The notes under the pieces were generated by a model. The model saw nothing but the letters and a program-made list of their open reading frames with translations. It did not search any database and was not told where the DNA came from. From Deltaproteobacteria bacterium (GTDB lineage Bacteria; Desulfobacterota; DSM-4660; Desulfatiglandales; B25-G16), in the NCBI GenBank assembly GCA_020351915.1, contig CP070673.1, forward strand, positions 4,235,882 to 4,299,881: 64,000 bases of DNA, read 5' to 3'. Below are positions 37,856 through 45,361 of the stretch, piece after piece (positions within the stretch are counted from its first letter, which is position 1; each line of letters begins with the position of its first letter). Position numbers and translations under genes: made by a program.

Positions 37856-38678
37856 AGGCCTGGACCTGGTAGGTAGATACCTGGAGTTTTTCCGTCTCCC
37901 AGCTATAAGCAGAAAGTCCTGCCTTCAGACAGAGATGTGTCAGAAACTCTTGCTTATCTGGTAGCTGTTCCCAAACCTGGGGCAAAAAAGTAGCTTCGTA
38001 AGATCCCTTTTTGATGATTACCCCATCTATCCCTGGCCTCAATTTGTCTAAGAGATCTTCCGCGTCTGTGTAGGGAAGTTCCTGAGGAGGAGTGAGGATG
38101 CTGATCTCAAGCTCTATTTTGTCAAATTCCTCCTGAGTTAAGGGAGGGAATCGAGGGTCTCTGAAGGCCGCATTCAGCGCATTTTCTCTAATCCCCTCAA
38201 TCAGTGTCTCTCGAGGTATGATATGCCCTATACATCCTCTCAGGTTATCATCTATAGTTACCGTAACAAAGGTGCCCAGTCTTTCCTGAAATTTCTCAGG
38301 CAGGTCTTTTGGGTCAATTTGGGGCTCTTCTGCCTTAGATAATCTGTTTTTTATGGTTTTTCTGGCCACCCCCAAAAGATACTTCCCTTCATCTTCAGAT
38401 AGCCATTTTGCATTATCCATGCTCCCATCCCCCTTTGTATGAGTAGTTGTTTGTGTAACCTCTTTGTTAAGCTGCTTGTCGTTTCTTTCAAAACCAAAGG
38501 CTCCGAAACCGAGCAAGCAGGAGAGTAAAACAAAGATGATAAAAGTGAGAAATTTTTTGTTCACCCTGTAAGAAAGTAACCCGTGCCATTTATGGCGGGC
38601 TGAAAGACCCAAAAAGTCCGGGCAGGATTTAGAGCTTCGTTTAGATAGTCTCGCAGGGTTCACCATTCTTTCAGCCAT
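37833..38678 (-). CDS. AMMECR1 domain protein (AmmeMemoRadiSam system protein A-like)
   Basis: LGTFVTVTIDDNLRGCIGHI, NAAFRDPRFPPL, LEISILTPP and DGVIIKKGSYEATFLPQVWEQL are the AMMECR1 core. The long ORF adds 86 N-terminal codons including a signal-anchor-like FLTFIIFVLLSCLLGFGAFGF. An internal ATG at 38420 with AAGGGGGA upstream would give a canonical 195-aa protein. Confidence 0.85.
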   Translation of the reverse strand: MAERMVNPARLSKRSSKSCPDFLGLSARHKWHGLLSYRVNKKFLTFIIFVLLSCLLGFGAFGFERNDKQLNKEVTQTTTHTKGDGSMDNAKWLSEDEGKYLLGVARKTIKNRLSKAEEPQIDPKDLPEKFQERLGTFVTVTIDDNLRGCIGHIIPRETLIEGIRENALNAAFRDPRFPPLTQEEFDKIELEISILTPPQELPYTDAEDLLDKLRPGIDGVIIKKGSYEATFLPQVWEQLPDKQEFLTHLCLKAGLSAYSWETEKLQVSTYQVQAFEEEKSK

Positions 38679-38764
38679 AAAAAGTTATCTTTCTTAGATC
38701 TCTTTGATTAGTTCTCTTGGTTCTATTCGTCTTGATGCCTTGGCGTGCAAACTAACCAAGTAGC

Positions 38765-39066
38765 ATCGTTCAAAAGCGTTTTCTCCATGTTATATTGGTT
38801 AGAGAACGGGTAGATAACTATCTCTATCCGGCCATGCCAATTTTTTCAAGGCGCTATCATAAGCCTCACGGGATGTGGTCAAATATGTGGGGTTTAGATG
38901 AACCCGGCTACAACTCCCAGGGCTTCCGAGGTGTAAACCCCACATATTTAACCACTGCAAGACCCGGTGGAATTTTTTTGAGATATCGCCTTTCAAAAAT
39001 AGCCATGACCTCCTCTAGAACGTGAATGACTACTCACTATGGCTCATGCCAACACTTTTGAACGAT
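38765..39066. repeat. About 300-bp nested imperfect palindrome in a divergent intergenic region
   Basis: The inner arms, 38875-38896 and 38934-38955, pair at 21/22 positions with a perfect 16-bp core (AAATATGTGGGGTTTA / TAAACCCCACATATTT). The middle arms, 38833-38858 and 38982-39007, are roughly 80 percent complementary. The outer arms, 38765-38776 (ATCGTTCAAAAG) and 39055-39066 (CTTTTGAACGAT), are perfect. All arms share a centre near 38915. Confidence 0.8.
38799..38820. repeat. Copy B of the 22-nt intergenic motif, TTAGAGAACGGGTAGATAACTA
   Basis: Copy B is 21/22 identical to 22234-22255. It lies in the left arm of the palindromic region. Confidence 0.6.
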
Positions 39067-39235
39067 ACCAACCAGTTGAACCAGTGAAACAAATAAGACC
39101 ATATATTTAATATCTTGTATCATTTTAATAAATCTGTCAAAATCATTTTTGGGTTTCCGGATCTTCCTTGTGATCCGCCTGCATCAGACTCCATGCGGCT
39201 GGCAGACATCAAAAACCCCACAGAATCTGCATCTT

Positions 39236-42200
39236 ATGACCCAGATCACCTACCTCATAGGTCAGACAGTCGAGGAGAGAAGAAGGCTCTCTGAGGAAGA
39301 GATGTCCACCCGGGGGATTTCATTGGAGAATTCCCTCCGCATAGTACCTTCTCATAGTGTAGTCCTGCAACTTGAAAACCAAGGACCTGGCTGGCTACAC
39401 CGGCCAGTGGACACCCTCACCTCTATAGTGAGCAGGATATTCTATGATGATATCCTATATCACTCATTCAGGAATTTCTCCTCCATGGATGAAACGATGA
39501 AGGAGTTGGCAGTAAGGGTTATTCTGCATAAGAGAAATCAGATGCCTGAGGGTTTACAATATTTTTCTCCCTTATTTGGCTCCTCATTCCGAAATGAAAG
39601 CGTGCCAGGGATATATCACCAAGTCTTGGAATTCTTTTCTCTTTTAGTCAGCAACAATTTTGAAGACCGCTTTGTTGATCACCTTTCTCACAAAATAATC
39701 CAGTTGGATGATTTGAGGGCTGGAGCCGGAGAACAGAGGTATGCCCTGGATAGCGATCTCGCCCTCCTCTTTGGCGACTATGAGGAATTCAAAAGAACCA
39801 ACAGGCTCTACGATAATGACGATATCGTCTCTAGCGTGCGATCGTTTCTGGCCAGCGGTAAACCACCAAGCCTTTTAAAAGATATCAATGCTGTTGTCTT
39901 TGATGGCTTCATTACTATTACCAAGGCCGAAGAGGAAATCCTCTATTCTCTCTTTCAGAAGGTAGATGAGGTTCTCTGGCTTCTTGATTTTGATGCGCAG
40001 GAAAATGATCCCCTTCAAGCATTCCGTAAAGCCGCAGGCCATAGCGAACCTGGAAATGGTAGGGATCATGAGGCATACAGAATCTTTACCTCACTTGTTC
40101 CTCTCATGGAAAGAATAGACAAGGCTGGGTTTGCAACCTTCGTTAAAAAGGCACCAGCCGAGGAATTCAAGAATCCTTTTGCCAATGGCCTTTATCGGTC
40201 GGGGAAATATGATCATAGCAAAGAAAAAGGGTTAAAGATAAGATCTTTTCATTCAAGGTTGGATGAAATCAGGGAAATCGCAGGCGAAATAAAGAGAATT
40301 GTCAACAAGGAAAAAATAGGTGATCTCAGCAGCATAAGGGCAATCTTCCCCGATCTCAATGAGTACGCCTCCCTTATTTATGAGATATTTTCAGAATACG
40401 GAATCCCCTTCAATGTAGCAAGGGGCGTACCTCTGTCCTCATCTCCTCTGTCAAGGATTTTTCAACTGCTCATCGATATCTCCCTCAATAATTATAGGAG
40501 AAAAGACATACACGAGTTTTTCATCTCTAGCCTCGTAGACCCAATCAAAGGAAGCCCGAACGAGCACGAACAGCTTCAATGGCTCCTGCTCTTGGAAAAG
40601 CAGGGGGCCTTCTTTGCCGAAGAACATAAGCAAGACGTTGCCACTTTTTTTAAGTCACAATCTACGGATAAGGCAAAATGGCAGCTGGACGTAGCCACTC
40701 TTGATAAGGCTGCCAGGCAGTGTGGTATTAAGGGTGGTGATGTGCTTGGTGAGTATTTGCCCCAGGCAAGAGATCATTTCTTTTTCTTGTACAAAAACTG
40801 CCGCAATGAAAAAGAGAGGCAAGATATCCTTTCTGATTACTATACCTTTATGCATCAGCTGTTTCACTTAGAGAATAACATTGAGCCATTGAGGGATTTA
40901 CTGAAAAAGACACGTCCAAAGGAAGTTGTCCAAGGCCTCTTTTATCTCCTTGATATCTTCGGAGTGCAGAAGAATGTGGTGTCCCTTCTCAAAGATCAGA
41001 AAGGATTTGACCGGGAAATAACAGAGAGGATCATTAGAAGAGATATGAGGGCTTTTAATTCGTTGAAGGATCTTACGGTGAGGACAGCCCGCGACCTAGA
41101 AAAGACAGAGTCATTCATAACCTCTACCAAAAGTACCCCGCTGCTGGAGCGATTCAAAAGAGGATTCGATGCCCTCCTTAATCGCACCAGGATCATGGAG
41201 GACCACCTGAAGGGATCCGTAGATGTATCTGAATACCCTGATATTATGGGGTGCTCATTTGACTATATCTTTGCGGGCGGTCTCAGCGCTGACGAGTTCC
41301 CCCTGAAAGAACCGGATGATTTTATCATACCTGAGAGCTCAGCCGGGCCTCTCAGAAAGACAGGTTTTACGGACCTTTCACGGCATCTTTTCAGCTATAT
41401 CCTTTGCAACTACCACAAGAACCTTTACCTCTCTTACCCCAGGAGCGTAAGAGACAGAGATGTTCAACCATCCCCGGTTCTGCTGGATATGCTCTCAATG
41501 GTGCAACAGGGGGATTTCTATCATGGCATAGAGGAGTTGGAAAATGCCTTTCCGTGGGAGGAGAATCCTTACTTTACTCACGAGCAAGAGTTCTTGGATT
41601 CAGTAGCAGTGGAGAAAAAGACCTCACTGCCTTCAGCTCAAGGTCCTTTCCCCTATGAACATATCATCTTAGGTGAAAATCCGTTTCTTAATGAATCGGT
41701 GATAAGAGGTGTACGGTCCGTGATAGCAAGGAACACTGTGGACGGTCTTTCAGAATACGATGGGCTAGTTCATGAGGCACAGAATTTCACGAAATACCTT
41801 AACCATTTCAAGGATATATTCTCCACTTCCAGGCTGGATATGATGGCAAATTGCCCTTTGCGGTATCTCTTAAGGGAGATCTTTTGCCTCGAAACCATAG
41901 AGGAGGTAGAAGAGGAGCTATCTTCAAAAGATATAGGCTCTCATGTTCATGCTATCTTGAAGATGATATTTGAGGAGTTGAAAACAAATGGTGAAAATGT
42001 GGCCTCAATAGGCCTATCTAAGGCCTTTACTCTGGCAGGGCAAATTGGAGAGGACTATTTTTCCCGCCTGACCTACCTAGAAGGATTGGATTTTTTTGAA
42101 ACTCAGAAAAACGCTATTATGGAAGGTTTGGACACGCCATCTGTCTCTACCAGAAGTGGACTTCCCAAAAGAGAGGGCCTGCTTGCCCAAATCCTCCGGT

Positions 42201-42994
42201 TTGAGGAAACTAATCTCAGCCAAGAAAAGATAACAGCACTCGAATACCGGTTTGGAGATGACGTGAATAATCCAGTCACGCTCGGCAAAACCAGGATACG
42301 GGGTTATATAGACAGGGTAGATGCCTTGCCCGCAAACGATAACATGTCCGTTATCTATGACTACAAAACCGGAAGGGCTCCTGCGCCGAGTGACATCAAG
42401 AAAGGACTTTCCTTCCAACTTCCCGGTTACTTGGTGGCCATTACAGCGGAAAAGGATATAAATGGCGGAGTGGCAAGATATTACCTGGTAAACAGACGAC
42501 ACCTTTCTGAAAGCAATCCACTTACTTCCCCTATCAGCTACCGGTATGCTCAAAAAACCGGCATTGATCTCACTGGAGTAAAACTCATAGACGGTTATGC
42601 CGACAAGCTCATGAGCCTCTTGAAAAAGGGCATCTTCCATCATTCCACCGAGGAAATGACCTGTTCTTACTGTGAATTCAGATACGCATGCTATAAGAAC
42701 ACGAGGCGGATGGCACAGCTTATTGACTCAGGGGCTTTTCCAGATTTGTATTCTGGAAGGAAAAACCTTGAAAGATGGAAAAAGGGTGAAGGTTTTATAA
42801 AAAAGTGGAGAGAGATCAAGAAGAGGATGGATGACTCCATTACCACAAGGAAAGAGGCAAAGAGGAGAGAAAATCTTGAGAGTGTGCTGGAGTTTAAGAC
42901 GTGGATAAGAGAGAGACGCTCTTCTCTCCCTTTTCATGAAGAATACCTGGATCAAATAATCGAAAAACTAGAAGAATATCTTGAATCATTTTAA
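39236..42994 (+). CDS. AddB-like inactivated-helicase / RecB-family Fe-S nuclease protein
   Basis: The N-terminus parallels AddB, but YLIGQTVEER sits where the GxxGxGKT P-loop would be. The C-terminal nuclease motifs IRGYIDRVD and VIYDYKTG are bracketed by Cys ligands (MANCPLRY ... CSYCEFRYAC), as in AddB/Cas4 Fe-S nuclease domains. I moved the start to the ATG at 39236, because the track ORF starts at a TTG at 39149. Confidence 0.7.
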   Translation: MTQITYLIGQTVEERRRLSEEEMSTRGISLENSLRIVPSHSVVLQLENQGPGWLHRPVDTLTSIVSRIFYDDILYHSFRNFSSMDETMKELAVRVILHKRNQMPEGLQYFSPLFGSSFRNESVPGIYHQVLEFFSLLVSNNFEDRFVDHLSHKIIQLDDLRAGAGEQRYALDSDLALLFGDYEEFKRTNRLYDNDDIVSSVRSFLASGKPPSLLKDINAVVFDGFITITKAEEEILYSLFQKVDEVLWLLDFDAQENDPLQAFRKAAGHSEPGNGRDHEAYRIFTSLVPLMERIDKAGFATFVKKAPAEEFKNPFANGLYRSGKYDHSKEKGLKIRSFHSRLDEIREIAGEIKRIVNKEKIGDLSSIRAIFPDLNEYASLIYEIFSEYGIPFNVARGVPLSSSPLSRIFQLLIDISLNNYRRKDIHEFFISSLVDPIKGSPNEHEQLQWLLLLEKQGAFFAEEHKQDVATFFKSQSTDKAKWQLDVATLDKAARQCGIKGGDVLGEYLPQARDHFFFLYKNCRNEKERQDILSDYYTFMHQLFHLENNIEPLRDLLKKTRPKEVVQGLFYLLDIFGVQKNVVSLLKDQKGFDREITERIIRRDMRAFNSLKDLTVRTARDLEKTESFITSTKSTPLLERFKRGFDALLNRTRIMEDHLKGSVDVSEYPDIMGCSFDYIFAGGLSADEFPLKEPDDFIIPESSAGPLRKTGFTDLSRHLFSYILCNYHKNLYLSYPRSVRDRDVQPSPVLLDMLSMVQQGDFYHGIEELENAFPWEENPYFTHEQEFLDSVAVEKKTSLPSAQGPFPYEHIILGENPFLNESVIRGVRSVIARNTVDGLSEYDGLVHEAQNFTKYLNHFKDIFSTSRLDMMANCPLRYLLREIFCLETIEEVEEELSSKDIGSHVHAILKMIFEELKTNGENVASIGLSKAFTLAGQIGEDYFSRLTYLEGLDFFETQKNAIMEGLDTPSVSTRSGLPKREGLLAQILRFEETNLSQEKITALEYRFGDDVNNPVTLGKTRIRGYIDRVDALPANDNMSVIYDYKTGRAPAPSDIKKGLSFQLPGYLVAITAEKDINGGVARYYLVNRRHLSESNPLTSPISYRYAQKTGIDLTGVKLIDGYADKLMSLLKKGIFHHSTEEMTCSYCEFRYACYKNTRRMAQLIDSGAFPDLYSGRKNLERWKKGEGFIKKWREIKKRMDDSITTRKEAKRRENLESVLEFKTWIRERRSSLPFHEEYLDQIIEKLEEYLESF

Positions 42995-43436
42995 CCTTCC
43001 TCTCTCCCCCTTCCCCACCAAAGGTTTCCTCAATCCACTCTCGGATTTCATCTCTGAAACGCTTGAAAATAGCGATCTTCTCATCCTCACTTCCGGAAAA
43101 CGCGGCAGGATCCTCGAAACCTCGGTGGATGAATTCCTTTCCACCGGGGAAAAACGGGCAGATCTGCCTAGCCTGGTCACAAACCGTAATAACATAGTCA
43201 AATTTCATATCCAAAAACTCATCCAAGCGCTTTGAACGATGAGATGAGATATCGATCCCGATTCCTGCCATGACCTTAACTGCCAAGAGATTAAGGCCCG
43301 AAGGCTCCGTGCCCGCGCTATAGGCCTCATATCGATCGGGATAAAGCGTCCGCATCAATCCCTCTGCCATCTGAGATCGAGCTGAATTATGGGTGCAAAT
43401 AAATAACACCTTTTTCTTCATTTCGGTTTGCTCCAT
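42894..43436 (-). CDS. Low-molecular-weight phosphotyrosine phosphatase family / thioredoxin-coupled arsenate reductase-like protein
   Basis: VLFICTHNSARSQMAEG supplies the CX5R(S) P-loop, and TVCDQARQICPF holds the second Cys pair. The homologous part ends near EWIEETFGG. The last 40 or so codons run antisense into the AddB-like 3' end. Confidence 0.8.
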   Translation of the reverse strand: MEQTEMKKKVLFICTHNSARSQMAEGLMRTLYPDRYEAYSAGTEPSGLNLLAVKVMAGIGIDISSHRSKRLDEFLDMKFDYVITVCDQARQICPFFPGGKEFIHRGFEDPAAFSGSEDEKIAIFKRFRDEIREWIEETFGGEGGERKVKMIQDILLVFRLFDPGILHEKGEKSVSLLSTS

Positions 43437-43648
43437 TCTGTTTTCTCTGAACTCTTATCTTCCCACGCCTACTCGATAACGAGGCACACTAACACTAACA
43501 GTTTCTCGCTTGACACTCAAGCCACCTTTCTCTATACTCCCTTCCCCATAAAGTACCTTTCTATTCTCTGTCTTGGGCTAACGCTGGAATCAGTAGACTC
43601 AAATTGCGGGGCAAGATTTTTCTATGATCTTTTTCATTGGAGGTGATA

Positions 43649-44032
43649 ATGGGAGAGAAAAAGGCCTTTCAGACAGATAAAGCAGCTGTCACCGGGGGAC
43701 CCTATTCCCAGGCTATCATTCATGATGGTATAATCTATTTATCTGGCCAGGGACCAATAGATCCCCAAACAAACCAGGTCGTGCCTGGCACCGTTGAGCA
43801 AGAAACGGAACTAACGCTGGAAAATATCCGCATTATTCTCGAGGAAGCAGGCTCTTCCTTAAGTAAAGTATTACAAGTGAGCGCATATTTGGTAAACATG
43901 AGGGAGTATGGACGGTTCAACGACATATACAAAAGATATTTCCCCGAAAACCCTCCAGCAAGATCATGCATCCAAGCAGCCAGGCTACCCTTTGACATTC
44001 GTGTTGAGATGGATGCCATCGCCTATGTCTAA
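43649..44032 (+). CDS. ridA: RidA/YjgF family enamine/imine deaminase
   Basis: GPYSQAIIHDGIIYLSGQ and the C-terminal PARSCIQAARLPFDIRVEMDAIA are RidA signatures. The start is the ATG at 43649, with GGAGGTGA upstream. Confidence 0.85.
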   Translation: MGEKKAFQTDKAAVTGGPYSQAIIHDGIIYLSGQGPIDPQTNQVVPGTVEQETELTLENIRIILEEAGSSLSKVLQVSAYLVNMREYGRFNDIYKRYFPENPPARSCIQAARLPFDIRVEMDAIAYV

Positions 44033-44206
44033 TGTGTTTCTGTTCCTCGCCCTAGCCCTATTATAACAAAAGGGTACTGGTATTCAGGACCGTAAATGAT
44101 TATTTTGTTTGAATAGTCAAACCACGTATTGCCAATCCCGGAGTATTCTGACGTTTTTTGGCAAAAGCTTTGGGTGCCTGGGGGCGCCAAAGCAATTCCA
44201 TCTGTG

Positions 44207-45361
44207 ATGGAGCACAATAAAATGAATAGAACCAACAAGAAAACGAGGATCTTGCGATTCATCTGGGGGGTTATTCCATGGATGATGGTAGCCATTATTG
44301 TAGCCTTTGTTGTGATTATGGGCTCCCGGATCATAGAAAAGAAGACCGATCTAGAGGAGGCCAAAAAGGCGGCCCTAAAGAATGAGGTGCCCCCCGTCCG
44401 CATCATTACCCTTACCCTTAAGCCACGACGTCTGCTGGATGCGATCAGCCTGCCGGCCCAGGTAGAGGCCTATGAGGACGTATGGGTCAAATCCGAGGTT
44501 GCAGGGCAGGTGGTCGACGTCCGGGTCAAGGAAGGGCAGATGGTGGAGAGAGGGCAGGTCCTTATGAAACTCGACGACCGTGATTTTCGGGCACGGTCGG
44601 CCCGCATAGAGGCCAACTACGATCTGGCAAGGCTCAATTACGATCGAACCGCGGCATTGGTGAAAAAGAATCTCGCCGCCCTTACGAAACTGGATGAGAT
44701 TGAGGCCCAGCTCAAGGACTTGACTGCCCAGCGCAATCAGGCCGAGCTGGCACTGAACCGGACTAGCATCACCGCTCCACTCTCATCACTCCTCAATGAG
44801 ATAAAGGCCAACAAGGGGGACTACGTGGGTGTAGGAGATCCCGTGGCCCAGATCCTTGAGATAGATCCAGTCAAGGTTACCGTGGGAGTGCCCGAGAGCG
44901 ACGTGGCCTCAATCTTCGATCTTAGAGAGGCTGACGTAATCATCGAGGCTTTGGGGAAACTTAGAGTCAAAGGGAAAAAGATCTATATCTCTAGCCAACC
45001 GAGGACCCTTTCTCGACTCTTTGAACTGGAACTCAAGGTCCCAAACCCGGATGGCCGAATACTGCCCGGCATGTTTGCCCGGGTCGAGCTCATCAAGCAC
45101 GTGCACAAACGAGCCCTAGCCGTTCCCCTGTATGCCGTCATCACGGAGGGCGATGAACGCTTTGTCTTTCTGGAGAAGGAGGGCCGTGCCGAAAAGAGAA
45201 AGATCACGCTGGGTACCTTGATCGCCTGGGAGGCTCATATTACCTCTGGCTTGAAGGCCGGAGAGAGGGTCATTGTGGTTGGTCATCGCCTCCTGGATGA
45301 CGGTCAGGCAGTAGAGGTGATTAAGAACGTGGATAATCCAAACGAGATCCTGAAGTCATGA
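44207..45361 (+). CDS. RND efflux periplasmic adaptor subunit
   Basis: A TM anchor is followed by biotinyl-lipoyl-like motifs (VKSEVAGQVVDVRVKEGQMVERGQVLMKLD, ITAPLSSLLNEI) and a coiled-coil. The start is set at the ATG at 44207 (MEHNKMNRT). The gene overlaps the pump gene by 4 nt. Confidence 0.85.
   Translation: MEHNKMNRTNKKTRILRFIWGVIPWMMVAIIVAFVVIMGSRIIEKKTDLEEAKKAALKNEVPPVRIITLTLKPRRLLDAISLPAQVEAYEDVWVKSEVAGQVVDVRVKEGQMVERGQVLMKLDDRDFRARSARIEANYDLARLNYDRTAALVKKNLAALTKLDEIEAQLKDLTAQRNQAELALNRTSITAPLSSLLNEIKANKGDYVGVGDPVAQILEIDPVKVTVGVPESDVASIFDLREADVIIEALGKLRVKGKKIYISSQPRTLSRLFELELKVPNPDGRILPGMFARVELIKHVHKRALAVPLYAVITEGDERFVFLEKEGRAEKRKITLGTLIAWEAHITSGLKAGERVIVVGHRLLDDGQAVEVIKNVDNPNEILKS

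Noticed and set aside
38795-39025. Two mirror-image ORFs (76 aa on the plus strand, 65 aa on the minus strand) with similar peptides (NMWGL..., NPTYLTT...)
   Set aside because: They are a by-product of the large palindrome, because the same sequence is read on both strands. They have no start-site signals, so I treated them as non-coding.
42894-42994. 101-nt convergent overlap between the AddB-like 3' end and the ArsC/LMW-PTP-like gene
   Set aside because: The phosphatase homology ends about 40 codons before its stop. The overlap is most simply a late stop codon giving a non-conserved tail, not a regulatory antisense arrangement.
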